Source of the DNA: Podarcis pityusensis
Taxonomy: Eukaryota
Strand: one strand, 5' to 3'
Length of the DNA: 64,000 nucleotides
Assembly (NCBI GenBank): GCA_964106645.2
Contig: OZ067049.1
Shown: positions 25,001 to 37,800 of the stretch, one piece after another
Numbering within the stretch: position 1 is the first letter of the stretch
Layout of the letters: each line of letters starts with the position of its first letter
Position numbers and translations under genes: made by a program
Notes under the pieces: model-generated
Seen by the model: the letters and a program-made list of their open reading frames with translations, nothing else
The model's database searches: none
Told to the model about the DNA's origin: nothing

Positions 25001-26164
25001 AATTGTGCAGCCACCTTGGTCCCTAAATATTGCTGGTCTACAGGCTCCATCACCCCACAACCAGCTTAGCTGATGTCCAACAACACTGGGGAACCCAAGG
25101 TTGAAGTAGGCTGAAGTAGGTGACTTTCAAGGTCCCTTGCAACACTAGGATTCTATGACTCTAAAAAGGCAGCAGCACAACATTAAAAGCCTCTTCTCTC
25201 TTTAAATGATGGTAGCTTCTGTGCTGTGTTACTGTCTTCTGATTTTATTGATACTGGGGTTTTAGTATGTGAGTTATTTAACTTCATTGGCTAGGACCCA
25301 AGACATTACTTTAGGTGCATCTGAGGGCTTGAACATGTACCGTGGGATTTGTTTTAACCTCCCCCCCCCCATTTTGAACAGCAAAGTCCCATGTGCATCA
25401 AATTTTAAAAGCTCTGAAATGTTCCCCCAGTTTCAAAAGTGGTTTCCCAAGTTGAGGAAAACAAGCAAAAGCTCCTTCAGCACATGGAAACAAGTTGCAC
25501 TTACACTCATTGGAACCTGGCCAAAGCCTGTAAATGGCCTTGAGTGGGTTGCAACAGAAAGGCGATTAATGCATTTAATAACTAGATAAATTGAGTGGAA
25601 GTGGTGCGCATACCTCTCAAATGTGGTTTTTGACCCTAGGCAGTAAAGCTTGCTGAGTAAAGTCATTTGTGGGGATGAGCTGCCCATTCCAAAATGCAAG
25701 GGGCATTTTGTGCTATTACCAGCCTAGCAGACATGCTATGCAAAGCCAAGTAAGAGGGCCCTGCAATGGGATCTTAAAACAAACTCTCATTGGGATACAT
25801 GTGTTGGGATTGGGTATCAGTAGCCTCCTTTCCATTTTTATTTTTTTTACTAAGTGGTGTGTTTTTTTAATTAAGCATGTGTCATGCTGGGTATGCTTAT
25901 GCTATGTCCTCACTTGTTTGGTTATACTGATGGTTTGAGGATGTCAATAGGAAGGGTGAATATAAGTAAACCTATGTTCCTCTCTCATGAGAGCGCCATA
26001 ACTGCAGAACCATGATTGTAAGTAGTCATTGTGGAGTTGACTGGTTTCCTTCTGCTTCAGTAATGTCCGTACAGGCAGCTGGAAGTGAGACATTTGCCGA
26101 TTTATTTCAGCAGTGGCCTAAATTAATCATGGGAAAAGAGACTGAAAATAGAACTGCCAGTACC

Positions 26165-26950
26165 ATAATGTCATTACACAAATCTATGGCGTGACCGCAC
26201 TTGGGATACCATTTACTGTTCTGGTTGCCACACCTCAAAAGGGAAATTGTGGAGTTGGAAAAGATTCAGAAAAGGGCACCCAAAATGGAGCAACTCTCCT
26301 GTGAGGAAAGCTTTCAATATTTGGTGCTTTTAAAGCCTTAAGGCATTTTGGGGAGTGGGGGAGACGAGTAAGTGAGGGGCATGGCAGAAGTGTAATACAC
26401 ACACACACACACATTATGGAGAAAATAAACTCTTTTTCCTGTCAAACTTCTTAGACACTTGGGTCACCCTGTGAAGCTAAAACTGGGAAGATCCAAGATG
26501 GACAAAAGCAATAACTTCACAACACATAGTTAAACAAACAAACAAACAAAATTCAGCTGCAAGATATGCTGATGACCACCAAATTGGGCAGCTTTAAAGG
26601 GAAATAAAATCTGTGGCGGTTAAGGCTATCAGTGGCCAGTAGTCGCGATGACCATGCATTACCTCCAAAGGTGGAGGCAGTTGCTGACATCCGTTTTTCT
26701 CGGGAGACAACGGGAGAGTGCGCCTTCAGGGGTGAAGCCAAACCCCTGGACAGTCGCAGCGCCCGCTGTGGCTGGACGCCTCCTAATACCAGTTGCTGGG
26801 GGGGGGCAGAAGTGGGGAGCGCCCTGCTGCGCCCACGACCTGCCTGCACGACCTGCGCCCCACGGGCACCTGCTTGGCCACTGCGAGAACAGGATGTCAG
26901 GTCAGCTGGACCTTCTCCTCTGATGCAGCTGGGATCTTCCCGCGTCCTTC
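26165..26950 (+). mobile_element. Degenerate CR1 LINE 3' portion (ORF2 end plus 3' UTR) running into the RSU1 CpG island
   Basis: Decayed reading of LYKSMVRPHLEY..FW.PHLK..I.ELEK.QKRA.KM; the 3' UTR matches window copies at 32537-32640, 44140-44382 and 14762-15050 (-). Confidence 0.8.
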
Positions 26951-27770
26951 ATTCCCAGAGCTCCGCCTTAAGTGTTTTCCTCTGATTCCTCTTTCCACCC
27001 CCTATTGGCCTGCGCGTTCTTCCTTCCCGCACATCCCAAGCACAAAAGATCTCGGTGCAAAGGATGCGCTTTGGCATCCGGCTGCCCGAACCCAAAAAGA
27101 AAAGCTGGGAAGGAAGAACACACTCCGCGAAACTTCCCAACTACTTCCTCCGCCCGTGCGCCTCCATAGTCTCGGGCCCGCCGCCTATTGGCTCGCGCCT
27201 GGGTCCTCCCATCCAATGGCGGCTGGGCGAAGGCGGAGCTGCTTCTCGGGTTGGGCAGACGCCGGCTGCGCATTCCGAGCGTCGGGCGGAGCCGCTGCTC
27301 CCCGGAGCGCTTCGCCTTACTTGGAGCGGCGCGCGCCGGGTTTCCCTCGCCCTCCCGGCCGGGCGCCTGCGCACTGAGAAGGGAGGCACTCGCCCCGGGA
27401 GCCGACGGAGGCGGCGCCTCAGAGCAGGGCGTGTGCCGTGAAGCGGGGAGCCCGGCCGGCCGGAGTTGAGCAGCCAGCAGCGCCCCGGTCCCGTCCCGTC
27501 GGTGAGTTGCTGCGTCGCCACCCCCACCCCGAAACCGGAGAGCTCCGGCGGGGCCTGCCCGGCTTTCGGACTTGGGCGGCGAGTCGGAGCCCCTTGGTCC
27601 CCTTCCTTTCCCTGGTCGTGTGAACTGACAGCCTCCTGGACCCAGGAAGGACTCGCCCCTTCTCCTCCTCTTCCCGAGGCGGCGTCGCTCTTTCCCCTTC
27701 TGCAAAGCGGGGTCGAGGCTCTGGTGGACGGGCAGCAGCCCGCCAGTGAAGCATCCTGCGTTTCTGCAGA
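26690..27770. promoter_or_regulatory. CpG island / TATA-less RSU1 promoter
   Basis: Abrupt GC- and CpG-rich block. ATTGG at 27004-27008 and 27187-27191, CCAAT at 27213-27217, GGGCGG at 27284-27289. Lies about 2.3 kb upstream of the RSU1 ATG exon. Confidence 0.88.
27300..27501 (+). other. RSU1: RSU1 non-coding exon 1 (start approximate)
   Basis: Consensus donor TCG|gtgagt at 27501/27502 inside the CpG island, downstream of the CCAAT/GC boxes. The TSS cannot be defined from sequence. Confidence 0.7.
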
Positions 27771-28024
27771 GAGTGCCATGGAAAACAAAAATAAGAACCC
27801 CGAGGTTCTTGGTTCTTCAACAGGGGTGGGGATCTGTGGGCCAGATCCCAGCCAGCAGGGCCAGTGGTCAAGGGTGATGGGTTCCCCATCTCTGCTCTGA
27901 AACGCTGGAGGGGATAACACCCAAAGTGTACACAAATAGTTGAGTTGTTTACTTTTGTTCGGTGATTTGCATGGAAGTGTCCTATGAGTGCAGCTGCACA
28001 CACCAGCACTGGGTTTAGGGCGGC

Positions 28025-28347
28025 AAAGGTAAAGGGACCCCTGACCATTAGGTCCAGTCGTGGCCGAATCTGGGGTTGCGGCACTCACCTCGCTTTATTG
28101 GTCATGTGGCCAGCATGACTAAGCCGCTTCTGGCGAACCAGAGCAGTGCACGGAAACGCCGTTTACCTTCCCGCCGGAGAGGTACCTATTTATCTACTTG
28201 CACTTTGAGGTGCTTTCGAACTGTTAGGTTGGCAGGAGCTGGGACCGAGCAACGGGAGCGCACCCCATCGCAGGGATTCGAACCGCTGACCTTCTGATCG
28301 GCAAGTCCTAGGCTCTGTGGTTTAACCCACAGCGCCACCCGCGTCCC
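28025..28347 (-). mobile_element. Sauria SINE in RSU1 intron 1 (internal deletion of about 28 nt)
   Basis: Reverse complement of 6704-7053; TSD ttagggcgg (28015-28023 / 28349-28357). Confidence 0.92.
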
Positions 28348-28374
28348 CTTAGGGCGGTACAAAATAATAATACC

Positions 28375-28543
28375 CAGTGCTTTTTCTGGGGGGACACGGG
28401 AACACATACCCCTGAACATGTTGTGAATCTTTGTACTTTTGTCCATTTACTGTATTTATTTTTCCTGATTTGAACTATAAAATGGTGATTTTCTAGAGTC
28501 AAAATGAGAGTACCCCTAAACATGTTTTTAGAAAAAAGCACAG
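28375..28543. mobile_element. hAT-type MITE
   Basis: TIRs CAGTGCTTTTT ... AAAAAAGCACAG; perfect 8-bp TSD ataatacc (28367-28374 / 28544-28551). Confidence 0.85.
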
Positions 28544-29857
28544 ATAATACCTATGTTTTGATGGGTACCCGCTAACAAGATCCATTAACAAAAAGTAACT
28601 GGACCAAAAGGAATTATTGTGAAAATCCAATATTTAGGGAAGTGCCAAATTTTTGTCCTTGCTCAGGCCACCGTATTACCAGGGTGTGCCCCTGCACATA
28701 CGGTAGCTGAGTGTACACTTCCCTAAGCAAATACTTGTGCATATATGGAGACGACTTGTTCCTATTTCGAGCTTCATGTGTGAGCAAACTGACTGCCTCG
28801 TTCTTCGCAGAGTTAAGAGGCAATTGCTAGAACTTCTTACTTCTGAGCCCAGTCATTCAAGGTTTTATGAGAGCCTTTCCCCCATGACTTTTCCACCTGT
28901 CAGGGGCAGGGAAATGATAGGAAGGACTATCGTTGAGGTAGCTAGGATGCTGATGGGTGTAGGGTGTTTTGAATCTACCCCACCAGTTTTGTGTGGTCTG
29001 TGTTAGCTGCCAGTTAGTTTCTGAGCTCAACTCAAGGTGCTGGTGTTCATCTTTAAAGCCCTAAGTGGCTTGGGACCTGCATAGGTTGAAGACTGCCAGC
29101 TGCTGTATGAGCCTATCTGCCTGCTCTCATCATTTTCTGGGTGGCCACTTTGAGAACAAGATGCTGGGCTAGATGAGCCATTAACTTGGTCAACCAGGCT
29201 CTTATGTTCTTGTTCCTCAACAGGATGAGGCGCCCTTGACAGTGACCACAGGTAGGACTTCTTCCGTAGTGACACCCGTCCTGAGGGATTCCAAGTGCCA
29301 GGCCTTCCCACTTTTAGACAGCTAATGAAGACGTGGTTGTTTACTGAATACTTTTGACTGGATATTTCCTCTTGCTGGTGTTCTTATGTTTTTGAGTTCT
29401 GACAGCTGCTTTGTCACTGTCTGGTCTGAGTTTTTATGCAGATAGTTTGATTTATGATTCCATTGAACTATGCATGGTTTTGTGTTGCTGTTGTCCCTTT
29501 TTTATTACCTGGCAGGATTTTCTTTTGATAAATAGTTGGCATGTAAGTTTTTAAAACAATTTCCACCTTGATATAAGCTGTGCGTAGCTTACGGGCTTGA
29601 CAGTTGGTGTAAACAGTACACTTTGCCTGGTTGAGCATTGCTGTCCCAATAACTTCTGGACAGCACTAGGTTGGGGAAGGCTACTCTGTGTGATTAGAAT
29701 GCTTTTGTGAGCAGCATTTCTGTCTCTCAGATGGGCTACTGTATTGACTTTTTGGGACAGTAAAATATACCTGCCTCTTACTGTCTTATATCACTTTCCC
29801 ATATCTGTCATTCATTCCTGTTCCACTGTGTCTCTCTGTTCTGGTTCCAGATTAACC

Positions 29858-29966
29858 ATGTCCAAATCACTGAAAAAAATTGTGGAGGAGAGTAGGGAGA
29901 AGAACATATTGGAGGTGGACATGTGTGATCGAGGGATCTCTAGCATGCTGGACATATCTGGCTTGT
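29858..29966 (+). CDS. RSU1: RSU1 exon 2 (first coding; exon starts 29851)
   Basis: ttccag|attaaccATG; MSKSLKKIVEESREKNILEVDMCDRGISSMLDISGL; T|gtaagt donor; 109 coding nt. Confidence 0.97.
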
Positions 29967-32103
29967 GTAAGTATTTCTCCCTGCTTGCCCCCATCATGGC
30001 TTTCTTGCACTTCCAAGCATAAGGTTGCTTCTATATTCTTGGGTCTGAACACATGTCACAACCACAGAAAATGCTGAAGGGTGCATTACTGTAAGAGCCA
30101 TATATCACCATATATCTTTGGAGAGAAAGACATTTCTGAAGTCCTCTCAGTTGACAAAACTGAAATTGGAGCCCAGAAACGCTTTTGGGGTGTTATCATC
30201 TGAAGATTTCCTGAAAAGGGGCAGCTGTACATTAAATGTAATGTGTGGAGGTCTGATTCACACATAAGTTTGTCCAGATAAATACTCTGTATGCCCTAGA
30301 GCAGTGGTGAAATGCTGGCTCACATGTCTGCCATACTGTTCAAACCAAATAATACTCCATGGACTTGTATATACATTTAGAACTGTTATTTCCCATGTTA
30401 CATCCAGCATTAATTATATTCACAGTGGGGGTTTTTAAATAAAAAATTCCTAGAACAAAAAATTATTTATGTCACTTAGGAAAATAGCTCAAGAGTCTGT
30501 AGATACCCAATATATTGGGTTATGGTCTAAACTGGCATTTGAAACCCCAATGTTTCTGAAGCCAAGCCAATCTGTATCTGGTTAATACCTTGGTGGTACA
30601 TAGGCACCAACTTAGGCTCAATGGGACAGAAATGTAAGAAAATAAATACAGCGAGAGCATGAATACTTAAAGAGCATTTAGGTGACTTTACAGAATTGTG
30701 AGATCTGGAGGATAAATTAAATTACAGAATCCTGAGCTTCAAGCTTTCTAGTTTTTCATGAGTTGAACACCCACTTGCTTATCTGTTGCTGGTTTCTGAA
30801 GCAACCATTGGAAGATCATCAGGAAGTAAGAAGCTGGGGTTTATTTAAAAGAGCTTTCGCACAAACTGTAAAGGGTCGTTCTGAGGGCAAGAACGTGTCA
30901 ATTTCTGGATGCAAATAACTTCATATTTTGGAAAACTCTTCTTCTGGCGCCATGGATTAAAAAGACTGTAAGAAAGATCATATCGGCTGAGACCTTTCCT
31001 TAATCTTCTTGTATGATATGTTCTCTGAAGCGAACATAAATTAGTAATGGTTTTGCTGGCAGTAAAGAAATCTGGAGCAACGGAAGTCTCTCTTTTGTGT
31101 CTTAGCGACCTCTCCCCTGAATCTTCTGAGACAGGCGGATGCTCAGTCTATGCTAATTATCTCGTAAATAATTCAGATATGCTGTAACAGGTTTCTTTTT
31201 CACGATGTGACATTAGATAAGTAGCAACACCTGTCTCAAGAGTTCCCTTTGTCTGAAACATTAAATTATCCCATCAGAAATTATCATATTGCTTAATAAT
31301 GTCAAAGATATTTAAGTTATTTATTGGTTTGTAGCTAGGCAGCTTATTAGGCAGATGCTACACTTCAGCTCCCATTGTGGCATTTGGTTAATTAGGCAGT
31401 AGTACTTGCTAATGTCTAGGCCACATGGGGAAAGTGTTAACTCTTTCGGCCAGGAGAAAATGAACATTTGTCATTGGAAATGTCCCATCTATATGCCAAA
31501 AGAGGGTTTCTTTTTTTTAAAAAAAAGGCCGTGTACCAGAACACACAGGGTGTACAGTCAGGGACAAGTGCCCCTTGCCCTCTGGTGAACATAGCAACTG
31601 GCAGCACATGAATTTCCACTGCAGTTCTCAAGCAGGTTAAGAAATCGGTGTCACAAAACAATACCGCCTTGTACTAAGAGAGCCCTTTCAAGCAGTGGGA
31701 GAAGCACCTACTGTTTATTTCCTCAGTATCCCACACAAACGAGAGAAGACCCTGTCTTTTGCTCAAATTCCCTGTGCACAGGGGGTTTGAGAATGAAATT
31801 GGTGGCAACCAAAAATAGAAGTCTTGGCTGCAATGCCAAACCCAACATTTGTGGGCCCCTGGCAAAATCAATTTGTCCTCAGGAAGACGGGCGTTTGGCG
31901 AGTAAAAGTGTGTTGTATAAAGTGTCATTTCTCCCTTGAAATTAAAAGGGTGGAGGTATCTGACTGCAATCCTATACATGTCTACTTGGAAGTAAGTCCC
32001 ATTGGGTGCACAATGGTTACGTTCTACCGCTGCTTTTGGTACACCCGTGAAAAGCAGTTGCTGAGAATCACAAGTGTGCGTACAGTGCTGTTGTGCTCAG
32101 TTC

Positions 32104-32500
32104 GTTTCCCAGTACATTTCCGAGCATAATTCAAAGTGTTGGTGCTGACCTTTAAAGCCCTAAACTGCCTCGGTCCAGTATATCTGAAGGAGCGTCTCCA
32201 CCCCCATCGTTCTACCCGGACACTGAGGTCCAGCACCAAGGGCCTTCTGGCGATTCCCTCACCGCGAGAAGCCAAGTTACAGGGAACCAGGCAGAGGGCC
32301 TTCTCGGTAGTGGCACCCGCCCTGTGGAACGCCCTCCCACCAGATGTCAAAGAGAACAACAACTACCCGACTTTTAGACGACATCTGAAGGCAGCCCTGT
32401 TTAGGGAAGCTTTAAATGTTTGATGTATTACAGTATTTTAATATTTTTTTGGAAGCCGCCCAGAGTGGCTGGGAAGCCCAGCCAGATGGGCGGGGTATAA

Positions 32501-32536
<36 letters not shown>
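32104..32536 (+). mobile_element. Young L2 LINE 3' fragment nested in a CR1 3' UTR
   Basis: Open ORF 32136-32423 (FKALNCLGPVYLKERL...RAFSVVAPALWNALP...FRRHLK); (TTA)n tail; CR1 UTR halves on both sides. Confidence 0.9.
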
Positions 32537-32537
<1 letters not shown>

Positions 32538-33628
32538 CTGCTTGTGTGTTTCCCACAGGCATCTGGTTGGCCACTGTGAGAACAGGATGCTGGACTAGGT
32601 GGGCCATTGGCCTCATGATCCAGAATAATCTTACGTTCGTATATTACGTTTTTCTGCCTGCCCTAGATTCTTGAGCACCTAGATTCTTTTCTACTCTCCA
32701 TTGTCTTGGCATTTAAGCCTTATCTTTCTTTAAACTCAGTTTCATGTTGTAAGCTACCTCCTTGAATGTGATGGCGCATTAATCTAAGCCCCACTGAAAT
32801 TTACTAGGGCTTACTTCTAAGTAGACATGGTTAGGATCGTGCTGCTTGCCTGCAGTCCTGTGCACACTTACTTGAGTTTAAGTCCTATTGAGCTCACTGG
32901 GATTTGCATGTCTGAATACATATGCCTTGGCTAGCACTCTTAGAAGTTACACTTAGCCATTCTTCACTGGCCCTGTACATAAATTACCAGGTAATATTTT
33001 CAGCTCCCTAGGTAAAGAAGTTATTTTCAAATTATGACAAGTTGGCATAAACTTCAAACCCCTTTCAAGATCTGTAATAATGTCAACTTTCTATTTTTTT
33101 CTGTCTTCTTTGTTTTCGTGAGTCTTACGATGGCAGCATAAGGAATCTTCTGAAATCATCTACTTTCTAAAGCATTGAAAATGAAGCTAGGATGCCATCT
33201 TGTGGATCTGGTGACATAGTTTAGCACAGTCCTTTCTTTAAGGGTTTTGCTGTCAAATATCTTCAGTGACATTTCCCCCCCTTAACTCTCAAAACTGCCT
33301 GTCATTACGCTATGTTTAGTTACAGCAATTAATCACAAAGAAATTGTCAGTTACCAAGAGAATAAGTTTCCTGTAGGATATGAATTGTGACAATGTGGTA
33401 ATCTTCCCCTTCGTAATAATCTTGTCGAGTTGCCAGTCTAATTCTGTTTTAATGTAATCTCTAGTCCAAAGGGCCATCTTTTGTAACCTGTTAGGCTATA
33501 CCTTACTAGGAAGGTATGCGGGTATTTATTCTCTACCATTCAGATGCATTCCTGTTGAAGTTTGCCTCTCTTCTTCCCCAATGCAATTTTGCCCTGTTTA
33601 TACTTTTATTGTCTCTCTTCATTTACAG

Positions 33629-33679
33629 TCACTCTGTCCCATATCACACAGCTGGTCCTCAGTCACAACAAGCTGACAA
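33629..33679 (+). CDS. RSU1: RSU1 exon 3
   Basis: tttacag| acceptor; (F)TLSHITQLVLSHNKLT; A|gtaagt donor; 51 nt. Confidence 0.96.
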
Positions 33680-34199
33680 GTAAGTACATTTCTATTCCTA
33701 AGTATTTTATTTCTTGCCTAAGCACAAATGAACTTGTCTTCTGATTCCTTAGATTGCAAAGCCAGTGGCTGTGGTTCATTTTGGGAGAGGGCTGCCGTAC
33801 GGTCAAGTGGTGCTTCTTGCCCTTCTAGAACCAGCTGCCAAGTCCCTGGTCAAAAATCTGGGCCCAACCTTCTGAGAGGTCTGCTCCACTTCCCTGGTGG
33901 GGCGGTGTTGCAGAATGGCACCTGGGACCCCCAGTGACCCAGATTGGGGGCAGAGAGATGCCACCCACGTCACCGAGACTCCCAGCTGCGTCACGCCCCC
34001 CCGGCCGACCAATCGGGCAGCCAGGGGGCGTGGCCACATGAAGTTTAAACCACGGCGCGGCCGGGGGGTGGCCTCCTTCATTTTAAAAGCCTTCTGAGAG
34101 CTCTTATTGGAACTCCCCGTAGCATTGATAAGGGATAGAGCTTTCTCATTAGTAGCACCCCAGCCACTGTTGGCCCACCATGCCTCATTTGCCACTTCT

Positions 34200-34800
34200 A
34201 CCCTCTTTTAGAAAATTTGTGGAAACGTTTCTCTATGGGATGGCTTCCTCTCCCCCCGAAATTGATTGAGTTTTCTTGATCTGTAAACCCACCCTTAATT
34301 GGAATGATCCTATACCATAAAACTCTACTCCTATATATTATAACAGCTGGTCAGAATCTTGTATGCACATCCTAGGGAAGCTCTCAGAAAACTCATAAGA
34401 TACACCTTTTTGGGGGAAAACTCTAGGAACAACTAAATATTGTTAAGTTAGCAGCTATGTTTAAAGAGAGAGATTTAGAGTTATCAGAGGTTGGAGTTCA
34501 GTTACTCCATATATGAAGGAAGAACTAGGAATTTTCAAGACAAGGAATAAATGGTATGCATTTATAGGCTCAAATAATTCTTCTATGAATGGAGAGCAAG
34601 CAGGGTCACTTTGTTAGAAGGAAGAATAAGAAATTAGTCATCATTTTTTTAAAAATCCACTTATTTGTTTAAGAAATTGTATTAAATTTTAAAAGGTACT
34701 TTGTACCCTATTTTACATCTACGTTATTTATTTTTAACATATAGATCAGTATTTGCAATGTAAATTATATTGTATAATGAAAATTTACAAATAAAGGGGT
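34200..34800 (+). mobile_element. Old L1-like 3' remnant
   Basis: ctcctatatattataacagctggtcagaatcttgtatgca resembles the FMYATTAARILIAKYWK segment of the L1 at 18639-19553; AT-rich tail. Confidence 0.45.
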
Positions 34801-37800
34801 TTTTTAAACAAAAAATATAATCAGCATAAAACAATTCAGGCTAAAGCAAATCATGTCAAGAATTACTATGAAAGTACTGCTGAAATAGGTCTTAATAATG
34901 CAGTAGGCAGTGAACTAAAGTAGTGCTAATACAATTTTTTAATGCAGTTTTTTTTAAAAAAATGTATTTGTATTTAATTTTAAATTGTGGTTTGGAAACT
35001 TCTACCCCTTGTAAGGCACCAAGCAAATTGCTGGAGGTTGGGGTAGAGGTTGAATAAATAAAAATAAATGCCTATTCCCTACCAACCTCTCCTAAAAGAC
35101 TGAATCTCACTTTTATTATTTGTCACTTTGGACACTCTTGACCTAATCCCTTAAAAAGATACAATTAATTGTCTGAGTAGATAGTCCTCAAAATGACTTG
35201 GAGAAAACAGTGTCGATGACACTTGATATGCCCCACTAAGGTCATATTAGCATCTCTTACTGGTTTTCTGGCATATAAATGAGTGTGCCTGCTTTGCTGT
35301 TCTGTTGTTTATAGTAAATATGTCCATTTTCTAAGGCAATAAATATGCATGAATGGTGTCCAGTATTTTCCAGTTAGTAAGTTGTATCCAATGCAAGTTA
35401 CACTTGGAGTAGACCCACTGAAATCAGTGGGCCTGCCTAACATAGGGACATGCATTTCAAATAGGTCTACTCTAACTTAGTTGGATACAATTCAGTGTTT
35501 CATCCGTCACCCTGCCAAAAACGGGCAGCCCTATATCATTACAGTAAGTCATGATGTCCTGCTTTCGTTCTTTTGCTTTCACATCTCCATTTTAAATACA
35601 TTTTTCTTAGCGTGCTTTTCATCTTTCTATCAATAAATCTGCCACATGTAGGCACACCAGTGTCTGCCTCATCCACAGATCAGCAAAGGAGAATATGCTG
35701 GCATGCATCTGTCATTGGAAAAATATGCATGATTTCAAGCCATTAAGACAAAAAGAGAAGGAAGCAGCAGCAAAGGGGGGCCGCTATAGATTTTAAATGC
35801 AAATTCTTCAACTAAGGTTCGGTTTCCTTAAACCTTGGCTTCCTTATCTGCCATACTATAAGGCTTTTCTGGAGATTTTAGGAGCTGTTGCACATCAAAT
35901 TATATATCTTTCTGGATATCTGTGGCAATCAACCATGAAATCTGAGGAATTGTTTCAACTAGTTTCTACTTGACCAATAATAGTCCTTTCAGAAAAAAGA
36001 GAGAAAATTAACTCTTGCCTAGATAGGATGGATTGGATCCAATCCAAGGTGAGCTCCATGAAAAGGCTATGAATGAGAGCCTGAAGCAACAGGTAACAAA
36101 CTTACCAAGCAAAGCAAGTAAGCGCATATATTTTTGTTGAGAGGATAATGCAAAGAGGGGGAATGTTCCACATCTTGCCTGGGAGCAAGTCCTGCTTACC
36201 TCTGAGTAGACATGTACGGGGTTCCACTGGGTTCCCAAAGTCTGGAGACATCTCAACAAGGTTTTGGAGGCCCTTTAGATATTACTACTGACGATTATGG
36301 TTCATTTAATTTTTTTCATTTATTACATTTATATCCCTCCTCAAAATTGCATAAATGGTTCTTGCCCCTCGATTTTTTCATAACAACATCCTGCAAGATA
36401 GTTTTGAGTTGGGAGTAAGCTGTACCAAGGTGCGAATCTTGGCTAAGGGATTCAGTCCTGGTCTGACATGCTATCCATTACACTATTCTTGCATTAAGTG
36501 TGGTCAGGAATGACTACTGCAGCAGCTCCCTGCTCAGTCCAACAGTTAGCTGCAGAGGTAAGCCAAACAGACTAGGAAAGGCTGGCAGGGTGGCCTTGAA
36601 GAGAGTCTCTTGACTCAGCTGGTGGATAAACACATAGTGGGTGGCCCATTTAGAGGGGATTCCAAGCAGGGAGGGAGCAAGGATGGAGACGTACCAGAAG
36701 AAGAATAGAGCAAAGATCTAGGCTCAGAGCAAGTCTTGTCACAATAGGAGGAAGAAAAAGGCAGAAGTTCTGGGGCTAGACACCCTAGTAGCGAGCCAAG
36801 AGGGCAAGGGGCAACTGAGGGAAAGGAGAGACTACTTACACACTTGATGGTTGGAGGGATTATTGGGGAAACAAGGCAGATTAAATAAACAGATCTCAGA
36901 GGATGTGAAGGGCTCTAAACTAATCTGAGTGGACATCTCACCAGGTTTTTTCCAAAGGAAAGTGAACCCCTTGGGTCTCTGAAGACCACTGGGATCCATA
37001 GTGGGAGAGCTCTTATTATTGGAAACTCTAGAAGGGCCAAGGACATTGGTAGTTGTAGCACTTTTCAATCACTTCCCACTTTTCCTTGCTCTTCTAGTTG
37101 CTGGAAAGAGTTTTCTGAAGATCACTGCTTAGCACAGTGGTGGGGAACCTGCTACTCTCCTGATGTTGGCCTCTAGCTCCCATCAGACTCAGTGGCCAGG
37201 GGTGATGAGAGCTGTAGCTCAGCAACATCAGGAGGGCCACATGTTCACCCACTGGCTGAGCCACATACATGTTTTGTTTTGCTTCCTTGGAGGCTCACAT
37301 CTCTGCAGCTTTCTCCATTAGAATTCTGGACCATCAAGGTTCTATTTTCCTTCTCTTAAACGGTCTTCTATCCAATAATGACCACCAATATCTTTTGTCA
37401 GAGTTCAGCAGTTTTCAAGTTACTCAATGACAATCTGCTCCAGCTTTCAATTGGACTAGGAATGGGTCGTCCTGGTTTCTGGAGGTATGCAGAAGGCCTC
37501 TGCCACTTCTCTTTCTTCTCTTCTCACCAGACAATTCACTAATAAATATATCTGTTTCTTCGTTATTGCCACTTTATCTGTTTCTTGTTAGGAATGACTC
37601 TTTAGTTTGCAACTTGTGGGAGTTCAGGGTTGTCATAAACTACCTAGCATATTACTTTCAACCTGATTGCAAATACTTTTGAGAGGTCACTTTTTGGACC
37701 TAATTTATGTGAAAAATTGCTGGTGTTGATGCACATGACATTTTCAGAAGGTTAGTTATTCTTGTTTCTCTCTTTTTTTAAGAAGTGCTGTTCGTGAAGT

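Noticed and set aside
26553-28088. Long ORFs (194-315 aa) on both strands
   Set aside because: They arise from stop-codon scarcity in the GC-rich CpG island plus a SINE; low-complexity Arg/Pro/Ala/Gly peptides with no domain pattern.
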